64,000 nt of DNA from Mycobacteriales bacterium. GTDB taxonomy: Bacteria > Actinomycetota > Actinomycetes > Mycobacteriales > QHCD01. Shown one piece after another: positions 44,109 to 53,266 of the stretch. The position numbers were made by a program, and so were the translations under genes. The notes beneath the pieces were generated by a model. The model was not told the DNA's origin, ran no database searches, and worked only from the letters and a program-made list of their open reading frames with translations. The stretch lies in assembly GCA_036497565.1 (NCBI GenBank), contig DASXJE010000257.1, positions 12,532-76,531 of the forward strand. Reading direction: 5' to 3'. Positions within the stretch are counted from its first letter, which is position 1. Each line of letters starts with the position of its first letter.

Positions 44109-45326
44109 ATGAGCCGGACGCTGTTCACCGGGGGCCGGGTGTTCGACGGGACCGGGGTCGACCCGATGACCGCCGACGTCGTCGTGGACGGCGGCCGCAT
44201 CGTCGACGTGGGTACGGGGCTCGACGGCGACACGAGCGTCGACCTCGCCGGCGCGACGCTGCTGCCTGGGTTCTTCGACTGCCACGTGCACGTCACGATC
44301 AGCACGCTCGACCGGCTCACCATCGCCCACACGCCGTTCTCCTACCAGTTCTACCTCGCCGAACAGAACCTCGGCCGCACGCTCGACGCGGGGATCACCT
44401 CGGTCCGCGACGCCGGCGGCGCCGACCTCGGCATCGCGCAGGCTCTGGCCGATGGACTGATCCGCGGCCCGCGGACGCAGATCGCGCTGTCGATGTTGAG
44501 CCAGACCGGCGGGCACGGCGACGACATGCTGCCTTCGGGCTGTTCGGTGCCGCTGCTGGCGCCGCATCCGGGTCGGCCGTCGACGATCGTCGACGGGCCC
44601 GACGAGATGCGCCGTAAGGTCCGCGAGCTGATCCGGTCCGGCGCGAACGTCTTGAAGGTCGCGACCAGCGGCGGTGTGCTGTCGCCGCGGGACGATCCGC
44701 GCCACGGACACTTCCGGGACGAGGAGATCGCCGTACTGGTGGAGGAGGCGACCGCGGCCGGCCTGTTCGTGATGGCCCACGCGCAGGCCGCCGACGGCAT
44801 CAAGGTCGCCGTACGCAACGGCGTCCGGTCGATCGAGCACGGCATCTACCTCGACGACGAGGGCATCGGGATGATGCTCGAGCACGGCACCTGGCTGGTG
44901 CCCACGCTCGCCGCACCGCGTGCGGTGATCGACGCGGTCGACGCCGGCGTCCCGCTCACGCCGGCGGTCGTCGAGAAGGCGCGGATGGTCATCGACCAGC
45001 ACACCCACGCGGTGCGCCGGGCGGTCGGCGCCGGTGTCAAGGTCGCGATGGGCACCGACTCCGGAGTCGGCCCGCACGGTGACAATCTGCGGGAGATCGC
45101 GCTGATGGTCGACTGCGGGATGTCGCCCGCCCAGGCGCTGCGCGCGACGACGCTCAGCGCCGCCGAACTGCTCGGGGTCGACGCCGACCTCGGGTCGGTC
45201 GCGCCGGGCAAGCGGGCCGACCTGGTCGTCGTCGACGGCGATCCGTACGACGTCGGCTCGCTGCGGGAGCGGATCCGGTCGGTCTATCAGGACGGGCAGC
45301 TCGTCGCCGGACGCGCCGACGGGTAA
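44109..45326 (+). CDS. Metal-dependent amidohydrolase (Xaa-Pro dipeptidase-like)
   Basis: PGFFDCHVH, LKVATSGG, MAHA, SIEHG, MGTDSG, GKRADLVV. Confidence 0.9.
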   Translation: MSRTLFTGGRVFDGTGVDPMTADVVVDGGRIVDVGTGLDGDTSVDLAGATLLPGFFDCHVHVTISTLDRLTIAHTPFSYQFYLAEQNLGRTLDAGITSVRDAGGADLGIAQALADGLIRGPRTQIALSMLSQTGGHGDDMLPSGCSVPLLAPHPGRPSTIVDGPDEMRRKVRELIRSGANVLKVATSGGVLSPRDDPRHGHFRDEEIAVLVEEATAAGLFVMAHAQAADGIKVAVRNGVRSIEHGIYLDDEGIGMMLEHGTWLVPTLAAPRAVIDAVDAGVPLTPAVVEKARMVIDQHTHAVRRAVGAGVKVAMGTDSGVGPHGDNLREIALMVDCGMSPAQALRATTLSAAELLGVDADLGSVAPGKRADLVVVDGDPYDVGSLRERIRSVYQDGQLVAGRADG

Positions 45327-45348
45327 CGGCGTAACGGCGTCGCGGCCC

Positions 45349-46341
45349 TCAGCCGTCTCCGCCGTGCCCCGTCTGCGAACCCGGCATCGCGCGCACCGCG
45401 GACGGGTCCCGCCGGGTCTTCACGATGCTGGCGAGAGTGGTCACCAGCAACACCCCGACGATGACCCCCAACGACACCTCGATGCCGATGTGCGGCGCCC
45501 ACGACAGGCCGCTGCCGGCCAGCGCCTCGCAGATCAGCTTGACGCCGATGAAGCCGAGGATCACCGACAGGCCGATGGAGAGATAGACGAGCCTGCTCAG
45601 CAGACCCCCGATCAGGAAGTAGAGCTGCCGCAGTCCCATCAGGGCGAAGACGTTTGCGGCGAAGACCAGGTACGGAGCCTTGGTGAGGCCGTAGATGGCC
45701 GGGATCGAGTCGAGCGCGAACAGCAGGTCGGTGGTGCCGAGCGCGATGATCACGATCAACATCGGCGTGGCGAGCCGCCGGCCGTCGCGGACGGTCGAGA
45801 GGTGCACGCCCGCGTAGTCCTCGGTCAAGGGCAGCCGCCGCATCAGCCAGCGCATCACGGCGTTGTCACGCGTCTCCCCGTCGTCGTCCTTGTTCCGCGC
45901 GAGCTGCACGGCCGTGTAGACGAGAAACGCGCCGAAGAGGTAGAACACCCACGAGAATGCCGAGATGGCTGCGGCGCCCACCGCGATGAACACTCCGCGC
46001 AGTACCAACGCGAGGATGATCCCCACCATCAGCGCCGTCTGCTGCAGAGCTCGCGGCACCCCGAACCGCGCCATCAGGATGACGAAGACGAACAGGTTGT
46101 CGACGGAAAGGCTGTACTCGGTGAGCCAGCCGCCGAAGAACTCTTTCCCGTGGGTCGAACCGGCCAGCACCCAGACGCCGATGCCGAACGCGACCGCCAG
46201 GCCGACGTACACCGCGATCGCGATCCCGCACTCCCGCAGCGAGGGCTCGTGCGGACGGCGACCGATGACCACCAGGTCGAAGACGAGTACGGCGACCAGA
46301 ACGCCGACGGTCAGACCCCAGACCCACAGGGGGATGTTCAT
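45349..46341 (-). CDS. TerC family (Alx/MeeY-like) Mn-related membrane protein
   Basis: EYSLSVDNLFVF, DLLFALDSIPA, NVFALMGLRQLYF. Confidence 0.93.
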   Translation of the reverse strand: MNIPLWVWGLTVGVLVAVLVFDLVVIGRRPHEPSLRECGIAIAVYVGLAVAFGIGVWVLAGSTHGKEFFGGWLTEYSLSVDNLFVFVILMARFGVPRALQQTALMVGIILALVLRGVFIAVGAAAISAFSWVFYLFGAFLVYTAVQLARNKDDDGETRDNAVMRWLMRRLPLTEDYAGVHLSTVRDGRRLATPMLIVIIALGTTDLLFALDSIPAIYGLTKAPYLVFAANVFALMGLRQLYFLIGGLLSRLVYLSIGLSVILGFIGVKLICEALAGSGLSWAPHIGIEVSLGVIVGVLLVTTLASIVKTRRDPSAVRAMPGSQTGHGGDG

Positions 46342-46375
46342 GCACTCTCCTCCGGTCGGACGTCACACGTCACCT

Positions 46376-46466
46376 ACCGGAGGTCTCTCCCACCTGGATG
46401 GCCGGCGGCACCGGGTCGAACTCGACCGTGATGACGATTCCGCCGCGTCGGGATACTCCCCTCCTG
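46376..46466 (-). ncRNA. yybP-ykoY manganese riboswitch
   Basis: Minus strand GGAGGGGAGUAUCCC...UCGUCAUCACGG...GGGAGAGACCUCC directly upstream of a TerC gene. Confidence 0.82.
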
Positions 46467-46530
46467 CCCACACAGTGTCCCGGATGCCCATCCGCGATGC
46501 CAATCGGGCACCGGCCTCGGGCGAGCCGCG

Positions 46531-47181
46531 ATGAGTGCTGAGGTGCAGGTACCGGCCGGGCCGGTCCGGCTGGCGGGTCTGCTGACCCCGCCGGACGACG
46601 GCCGGGGGCTCGTCGTGTTCGTCCACGGCAGCGGCAGCGGCCGGCTCAGCCCGCGTAACCAGCTGGTCGCGACCGCGCTCAACCGGGCCGGGCTCGGGAC
46701 ACTGCTCTTCGACCTGCTCACTCCGGCCGAGGAGCGGGACCGGGCCAATGTCTTCGACATCGCGCTGCTCGCCGGGCGGCTCACCGAGGTGACCGCGTGG
46801 GTGCGCGGGGAGCGTGGGTGCGCGGGGCGGCCGGTCGGCTACTTCGGGGCGAGTACGGGCGCCGCCGCCGCGCTGTGGGCGGCGGGCGAGCCGGACGCCG
46901 ACATCGCCGCCGTGGTGTCCCGCGGCGGCCGGCCCGATCTCGCCGCCGACCGGCTGTCGCAGGTGCGGGCGCCGACGCTGCTCGTGGTCGGCGGCGACGA
47001 CCCACAGGTGCTCGACCTCAACCGCAGCGCGCAGCGGCGGCTCACCGGGGAGAACCGGCTGGCGGTGGTTCCGGGAGCGAGCCATCTGTTCGCCGAGGCG
47101 GGGACGCTCGAATCGGTTGCGGACCTCGCAGCCGACTGGTTCACCGGCCACCTCGGGTCACGCGGGCCCGGTCCGCGCTGA
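46531..47181 (+). CDS. Dienelactone-hydrolase-like alpha/beta fold protein
   Basis: FVHGSGSGRLSPRN, YFGASTGAAAAL, VSRGGRPDL, PGASHLF. Confidence 0.85.
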   Translation: MSAEVQVPAGPVRLAGLLTPPDDGRGLVVFVHGSGSGRLSPRNQLVATALNRAGLGTLLFDLLTPAEERDRANVFDIALLAGRLTEVTAWVRGERGCAGRPVGYFGASTGAAAALWAAGEPDADIAAVVSRGGRPDLAADRLSQVRAPTLLVVGGDDPQVLDLNRSAQRRLTGENRLAVVPGASHLFAEAGTLESVADLAADWFTGHLGSRGPGPR

Positions 47182-47193
47182 CCCGGCGGCCGA

Positions 47194-48354
47194 TCACCAG
47201 TTCGTGTGCGAGCCGTCCGGCCGCCGCAGGTGCGGCGACTCCCACCAGCGTTCGCTGACCGCCTCGGCCAACCCGTCCTCGTCGACGTCGACGCCGAGGC
47301 CCGGCCGGTCCGGAACCGGGTACGAGTGCCCGGCCAGCGCCACCCGGTCGACGAAGATCGGCGACTCGTGGAAGCGGGTCTCCTCCCCCGCCGACTCGCG
47401 GCACTCCAGCCACGCGAAGTTGGGGGTCGCAGCGGCCAGGTGCACCGTCGCGGCCGTACAGATCGGACCGAGCGGGTTGTGGGGCATCAGGTCGATGTAA
47501 TGGGCCTCGGACCAGCCGGCGACCTTCATCGCCTCGGTGAAGCCGCCGACGTTGCAGATGTCCAGCCGCGCGTACTGCGCCAGGCCGCCTTCGATGTAGG
47601 GCAGGAACTGCCACTTCGAGGCGAACTCCTCGCCGATCGCGAAGGGCACCGGGGTCAGCCGGCGCAGTGCTTCGTAGGCCTGCGGCGTCTCGTCCCGGAT
47701 CGGCTCCTCGAGGAAGTCCAGGGTGCCGATCGGCATGCGCTGACAGAACGACGCGGCCTCGGCGACGCTGAGCCGGTGGTGGTAGTCGATCCCGAGCGTC
47801 ACCGCCGGTCCGAGCTCGCGGCGCGCGGAGACCAACGCGTCTGCGGTCTCGGTCAGCGAGATCCACGGGTCGTAGACGGTCGGGTCGTCGAACGGCGACA
47901 TGCTCATGCCGAGCCGCAGGCAGCGCCAGCCCTGGCTCATCAGCGTGCGGGCCCGCCCGATCATCAGCCCGGGGTCGCGGCCGTCCACCGAGGCGAAGCC
48001 CTCGACCGTGTCCCGCTGGCGGCCGCCGAGCAGCTCGTAGACCGGGACCCCCAGCGCCTTGCCCTTGATGTCGTAGAGCGCGATGTCGATCGCGGAGATG
48101 GCGGCGGTCAGTACCCGGCCGCCCTCGAAGTACTGCCCGCGGTACATCTCCTGCCACAGCGCCCCGGCCCGCATCGGGTCGCGGCCGATCAGGAAGTGGC
48201 TGAAGTGCTCGACGGCGCCCGTCACCGCCCGCTCCCGGCTGGAAAACCCGCTCTCCCCCCAGCCGTGCAGGCCATCGTCGGTCTCCACCTTCACCAGCAG
48301 TTGAAGACGGGAGCCGATCCAGACGGGATAGGTCCTGACCGCCGTGATGCGCAC
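47194..48354 (-). CDS. Enolase superfamily dehydratase (galactonate/mannonate-like)
   Basis: GWGES, AIDIALYDIKGK, IDYHHR, FLEEP, IGEE, PHNP. Confidence 0.88.
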   Translation of the reverse strand: MRITAVRTYPVWIGSRLQLLVKVETDDGLHGWGESGFSSRERAVTGAVEHFSHFLIGRDPMRAGALWQEMYRGQYFEGGRVLTAAISAIDIALYDIKGKALGVPVYELLGGRQRDTVEGFASVDGRDPGLMIGRARTLMSQGWRCLRLGMSMSPFDDPTVYDPWISLTETADALVSARRELGPAVTLGIDYHHRLSVAEAASFCQRMPIGTLDFLEEPIRDETPQAYEALRRLTPVPFAIGEEFASKWQFLPYIEGGLAQYARLDICNVGGFTEAMKVAGWSEAHYIDLMPHNPLGPICTAATVHLAAATPNFAWLECRESAGEETRFHESPIFVDRVALAGHSYPVPDRPGLGVDVDEDGLAEAVSERWWESPHLRRPDGSHTNW

Positions 48355-48406
48355 TGCGTGCCGTCCTTCCAGAGAGGGTCACGGGTGGGTGGGCCGCCGC
48401 CCGAGA

Positions 48407-49720
48407 TCACGGCCCGGTGGTGGGGGCGACGAAACTTCGCCAGGTGCGTTGGCTCGCGAGGGCGATCAGGCAGGTGACGGCGACCGCCGCCGCGGCGCCG
48501 GCGAACCCCCAGGGCACGCCGGCGGCGTCGATGACGATGCCCGCGATCGCCGTCCCGGTAGCCGCCCCGGTCGTGCTCGCCGCGGACAGCCAGGCCTGCG
48601 CCTCGTTCACCCGGTGCGTGGGTGCGAGCGCGTCGATGAGGTTCTGCAACATGATCAGGCTCGGCGCGATGGACAGGCCGGCCAGGAAGAGCAACGGGAG
48701 CAGGATCCACAGGTGCGGATCCCCCGCCCCCAGCAGGATCGAGAGCGGCACGAGGCCCAGGGTGAAGAGCCCGAGCGAGATGGGCAGTCGCCGGTGCTCG
48801 TGCCCGGGGGCCCAGCGGTGCGCGCCGTACCAGAGGCCGCCGGTGGCGCTGCCGCCGGCGATCGCCGCGAAGAGCAGCCCGAGCCGCGCCTGGTCGCCGA
48901 GAACCTCGCGGGCGGTGGCGGCGATCGAGGTGTCGAGGTGGCCGAAGCCGACGCTCATCATCGCGGTCACCCCGAGCACCGCCGGGATGCCGGCGGCGGC
49001 CACCGCCGAGGCGGTGAAGCGACCGACCGGCCGCCCGTCGGTCGGCGGTTGGTGCGGCGCCGGGCGCCAGGTGCGCGCCGCAGCGGTCAGGCTGTAGGCC
49101 ACGCCGCCGCCGGCCAGCAGCCCGGCCGTCACCAGCAGCGGTACGACGGGGGGTGTCACCGCGAGCAGCAGCGAGAGCAGCAGCGGCCCGCCGATGAAGA
49201 TCGACTCGACCGCCACCGCGTCGAGGGCGTAGCCCGCACGACGCAGCCCTTCGTCCTTCAGCGCCACCCGCCAGGCGGCCCGCATGGCCGGACCGATCGC
49301 CGGGAACGTGATCCCGGTCGCGGCGGCCAGCGCGATGAGCAGGCCGTCGGCCCCGCCGAGCGCTGCGGAGATCGCGAGCGCGACCAGAAATCCGGCGCTG
49401 GCCAGCGACGTGGGGATGACGACCTTCGGTTGCCCGAAGCGGTCCATCAGCCGGCCCCAGATGGGGGTGCCGGCCGCGGTCCCGAGAGCGAAGGCTCCGG
49501 TCACCAGGCCGGCGACGCCGTAGGACCCGCGGACGTGCTGCACGAGGAGCAGGGTGCCGAGGGGCGCCATCGAGATCGGCAGCCGGGCGATCACCGCCGC
49601 GGCGAAGGGCCGGGCAGCCGGACCGTGTCGCAGGATCCGCAGATATGAGGTGACCCCCGCGGCCGACGGCGGGACAGGATCGGCTGCGGGGAGGACCGTG
49701 GGCGAACCGCGGTCCGTCAT
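48407..49720 (-). CDS. MFS transporter
   Basis: About 12 TM helices, GRLMDRFG motif A. Confidence 0.88.
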   Translation of the reverse strand: MTDRGSPTVLPAADPVPPSAAGVTSYLRILRHGPAARPFAAAVIARLPISMAPLGTLLLVQHVRGSYGVAGLVTGAFALGTAAGTPIWGRLMDRFGQPKVVIPTSLASAGFLVALAISAALGGADGLLIALAAATGITFPAIGPAMRAAWRVALKDEGLRRAGYALDAVAVESIFIGGPLLLSLLLAVTPPVVPLLVTAGLLAGGGVAYSLTAAARTWRPAPHQPPTDGRPVGRFTASAVAAAGIPAVLGVTAMMSVGFGHLDTSIAATAREVLGDQARLGLLFAAIAGGSATGGLWYGAHRWAPGHEHRRLPISLGLFTLGLVPLSILLGAGDPHLWILLPLLFLAGLSIAPSLIMLQNLIDALAPTHRVNEAQAWLSAASTTGAATGTAIAGIVIDAAGVPWGFAGAAAAVAVTCLIALASQRTWRSFVAPTTGP

Positions 49721-49936
49721 GACCTGCGGTACCGCAGGACGACACCGCTCACCGGACCCTCGCCACCGTTCCTCATCGTGTCCACCCGTTGACCCTCGGA
49801 GAATCTTGCCACCTTCCCCGACCCCCGACGCGACCGACTTATTCCGGACGAACGGGACCGGCCGGGTCCGCGGCGGCGCCGTCGAGGCCGCCGGGTAGCC
49901 TCGATCCGTGCCCCTCCGACCGCCCCCGCACCGCCC

Positions 49937-50263
49937 GTGAACGGCGCCCTGATCCGCTATCGGATCATCGCCTGGGTCGTCGGGACCGGTCTGCTGATCC
50001 TGGTTCTCGTCGGTGTACCGCTGCAGTACGCCGCCGACCAGAAGACGGTCGTCGAGATCGTCGGGCCCATCCACGGCTTCCTCTACATCGTCTACCTGCT
50101 GGCGACCGCGGAGCTCGGTTTCCGGGCCCGGTGGTCACCGGTCAAGCTGGTGCTCGTCTGCCTCGCCGGGACGGTCCCGTTCCTCTCCTTCGTCGCCGAA
50201 CGCAAGGTGACCCGCGACGCGCGGGAGCAGGGCGACGTGCCGGTCGCGGCGCCTCCCCGCTGA
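49937..50263 (+). CDS. DUF3817-like small membrane protein
   Basis: YRIIAWVVG, GPIHGFLYIVY, GTVPFLSFVAE. Confidence 0.8.
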   Translation: MNGALIRYRIIAWVVGTGLLILVLVGVPLQYAADQKTVVEIVGPIHGFLYIVYLLATAELGFRARWSPVKLVLVCLAGTVPFLSFVAERKVTRDAREQGDVPVAAPPR

Positions 50264-50378
50264 CCGCACCACCACCGGACCATCCAACGTGGTTGATCGG
50301 TGCACCGCCGCGGCTCATGCTGGATGCAGATCAGTCTCCGGGACGAGTCCCGGGGTTCGGGGAGCTGAGAGGAAGACC

Positions 50379-50753
50379 ATGAGCGCACACGCCGGGCCGG
50401 CCGTGGAATCCAAGACGTTCGCCCAGCCGGACGAGGTCCGCGAATTCGACTACGGCCGCGCGGAACTGCTGCACATGGCCGGCGGTTCGATCGGGCGCCT
50501 GGTGCTGCACCCGGGCTGGCGGTGGAGCAGCCACGTCAAGCCGATCGCCGGCACCGATTGGTGCGAGGCGCCGCACTTCCAGTACCAGGTCAGCGGGACC
50601 CTGCACCTGCTCATGGCCGACGGCGGCGAGTTCGACTCCCACGCCGGCGGCGTCACCTCGCTCCCCGAAGGGCACGACGCGTGGGTCATCGGCGAGGAAG
50701 ACGTCGTCCTGATCGACTGGTACGGCGCCAGCGAGTTCGCCAAGGACGGCTGA
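50379..50753 (+). CDS. Cupin-domain protein
   Basis: PGWRWSSHVKP, CEAPH, PEGHDAWV; AGAGGAAG RBS. Confidence 0.82.
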   Translation: MSAHAGPAVESKTFAQPDEVREFDYGRAELLHMAGGSIGRLVLHPGWRWSSHVKPIAGTDWCEAPHFQYQVSGTLHLLMADGGEFDSHAGGVTSLPEGHDAWVIGEEDVVLIDWYGASEFAKDG

Positions 50754-50763
50754 CCACCGGCCG

Positions 50764-52899
50764 TTACCGAACCCCGGCGGTGTCCATTCCGCGCAGCTCC
50801 CTCTTGAGCTCACCGATCTCGTCGCGCAGCCGGGCCGCCAGCTCGAACTGCAGCTCACGCGCAGCGGCGAGCATCTGGTCGTTGAGCTGCTGGATCAGGT
50901 CGGCCAGCTCGGCGCGCGGCATACCGGCCAGCTCCTTGGCGTGCACCCCGACCTCCCGCCCGGCGGACTTGCCGCGGGAGGACAGGCCCGGCACCGGGGC
51001 CTTGCCGCGGGACTGCTGCCGGCCGGACCCGCCGACCAGCTCGGTCTCCTCGGCCTCGCGGTAGATGTCGTCGAGGATGTCGACGATCTTCTTCCGGAGC
51101 GGCTGCGGGTCGACCCCACGCTCGAGGTTGTAGGCGATCTGCTTGTCCCGCCGGCGGTTGGTCTCGTCGATCGCGTGCTGCATCGACGGGGTGACGTTGT
51201 CGGCGTACATGTGCACCTGACCGGACACGTTGCGGGCGGCGCGGCCGATCGTCTGGATCAGCGACGTGCCGCTGCGCAGGAACCCTTCCTTGTCGGCGTC
51301 GAGGATGCTGACCAACGACACCTCGGGCAGGTCGAGGCCCTCCCGGAGCAGGTTGATGCCCACGAGGACGTCGAACTCCCCCTTGCGCAGCTCCCGGAGC
51401 AGCTCGACCCGGCGCAGCGTGTCGACCTCGGAGTGCAGGTAGCGCACCCGGATGCCCAGCTCGAGGAGGTAATCGGTGAGGTCCTCGGACATCTTCTTCG
51501 TCAGGGTCGTGACGAGCACCCGCTCGTCGCGCTCGGCCCGGGCGCGGATCTCGTGCACCAGGTCGTCGATCTGGCCCTTGGTCGGCTTGAGCACCACCTG
51601 CGGGTCGACCAGCCCGGTGGGCCGGATGACCTGCTCGACAACCTTGCCCGTGGTACGGCCGAGCTCGTAGGTGCCCGGCGTCGCCGACATGTAGACCGTC
51701 TGCCCGATCCGGTCGGCGAACTCGTCCCACTTCAGCGGCCGGTTGTCGGTCGCCGACGGCAGCCGGAACCCGTGGTCGACGAGGGTCCGCTTGCGGGACA
51801 TGTCGCCTTCGTACATCCCACCGATCTGCGGCACGGTGACGTGGGACTCGTCGATGACGAGCAGGAAGTCCTCGGGGAAGTAGTCGAGCAGGCAGGAGGG
51901 GGCGCTCCCCGCGGCCCGGCCGTCGATGTGCCGCGAGTAGTTTTCGATCCCGGAGCAGAAGCCGACCTGCCGCATCATCTCGACGTCGTACGTCGTCCGC
52001 ATCCGCAGCCGCTGCGACTCCAGCAGCTTGCCCTGCGACTCGAGCTCGGTCAGCCGCTCGGCCAGCTCCGCCTCGATGCCGGCGATGGCCCGCTCCATCC
52101 GCTCCGCGCCGGCGACGTAGTGCGTGGCCGGGAAGATGAACACTTCCTCGACCTCCCGCACCACCTCTCCGGTGAGCGGGTGCAGGTAGTAGAGCCGCTC
52201 GATCTCGTCGCCGAACATCTCGATCCGGATCGCGAGCTCTTCATAGACCGGGAAGACCTCGATGGTGTCGCCACGGACCCGGAAGGTGCCCCGGGTGAAC
52301 GCCAGGTCGTTGCGGGTGTACTGCTCCTCGACGAGGCGCCGGAGCAGCACGTCGCGATCGACCTCCTCGCCGGGCTCCAGCCGGACCGAGCGGGCGACAT
52401 ACTCCTCCGGCGTCCCCAGGCCGTAGATGCAGGAGACGGTGGCCACGACGACGACGTCCCGCCGGGTGAGCAGGCTGTTGGTGGCCGAGTGGCGCAGCCG
52501 CTCCACCTCGTCGTTGACCGACGAGTCCTTCTCGATGTAGGTGTCGGTCTGCGGGACGTAGGCCTCGGGCTGGTAGTAGTCGTAGTAGGACACGAAATAC
52601 TCGACCGCGTTGTTCGGGAGCAGCTCCCGGAACTCGTTGGCGAGCTGGGCGGCCAGGGTCTTGTTGGGCGCCATCACCAGCGTCGGTCGCTGGACCCGCT
52701 CGATCAGCCAGGCGGCCGTCGCCGACTTCCCGGTCCCGGTCGCGCCGAGCAGCACGGTGTCGCGCTGACCCTCGGTCACGGCCCGCTCGAGCTCGTCGAT
52801 GGCGGTCGGCTGGTCGCCCGACGGCTGGAAGTCGCTGACGACCTCGAACCGCCCGGTCGACGGGACGGGGGGCTGCTCCGGATCGTTGACTGCTCTCAC
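50764..52899 (-). CDS. uvrB: Excinuclease ABC subunit B
   Basis: [34 protein letters not shown]-terminal UVR coil; GTG 52899. Confidence 0.98.
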   Translation of the reverse strand: MRAVNDPEQPPVPSTGRFEVVSDFQPSGDQPTAIDELERAVTEGQRDTVLLGATGTGKSATAAWLIERVQRPTLVMAPNKTLAAQLANEFRELLPNNAVEYFVSYYDYYQPEAYVPQTDTYIEKDSSVNDEVERLRHSATNSLLTRRDVVVVATVSCIYGLGTPEEYVARSVRLEPGEEVDRDVLLRRLVEEQYTRNDLAFTRGTFRVRGDTIEVFPVYEELAIRIEMFGDEIERLYYLHPLTGEVVREVEEVFIFPATHYVAGAERMERAIAGIEAELAERLTELESQGKLLESQRLRMRTTYDVEMMRQVGFCSGIENYSRHIDGRAAGSAPSCLLDYFPEDFLLVIDESHVTVPQIGGMYEGDMSRKRTLVDHGFRLPSATDNRPLKWDEFADRIGQTVYMSATPGTYELGRTTGKVVEQVIRPTGLVDPQVVLKPTKGQIDDLVHEIRARAERDERVLVTTLTKKMSEDLTDYLLELGIRVRYLHSEVDTLRRVELLRELRKGEFDVLVGINLLREGLDLPEVSLVSILDADKEGFLRSGTSLIQTIGRAARNVSGQVHMYADNVTPSMQHAIDETNRRRDKQIAYNLERGVDPQPLRKKIVDILDDIYREAEETELVGGSGRQQSRGKAPVPGLSSRGKSAGREVGVHAKELAGMPRAELADLIQQLNDQMLAAARELQFELAARLRDEIGELKRELRGMDTAGVR

Positions 52900-52905
52900 A
52901 CGACC

Positions 52906-52928
52906 ACGGTACGACGGGCGTCCGACAG
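52906..52928 (-). promoter_or_regulatory. PafBC/RecA-NDp-type promoter of uvrB (leaderless)
   Basis: Minus strand CTGTCGGAC-N8-TACCGT, with 6 nt between the -10 and GTG 52899. Confidence 0.8.
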
Positions 52929-52996
52929 TTTCCGCCGGCCGCCGTCCGGACCCCGGATCCAGGCCGGCCCGTAGCGGGCGGGGGCACACTGGGCGG

Positions 52997-53116
52997 GTGA
53001 TCTGCAAGGAATGCCGGGAACGTCGCCACGAGCGCTGCCGCGGGGGTTCCTGGTGCGACTGCCAGCACCAGAAGCCGCGTCCGCCCGAGCCCGCCACCGG
53101 ACCCGCCGGGGAGTGA
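52997..53116 (+). CDS. 39-aa Cys/His-rich putative metal-binding small protein
   Basis: [39 protein letters not shown]; CACACT 6 nt before GTG. Confidence 0.6.
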   Translation: MICKECRERRHERCRGGSWCDCQHQKPRPPEPATGPAGE

Positions 53117-53266
53117 CCCACCGGCGGCCGGTGTGACGCCTGGTGACCACAATCACCTGGCCACCCCCGGCGGGGCCTTCGGCGGGCCGACGACGGGTGG
53201 CTGCACTACGGTCAGGGAGCCGAGACGTCGTACGCGGGGATACACGCCCCGGTGAAAGGAGCAATC

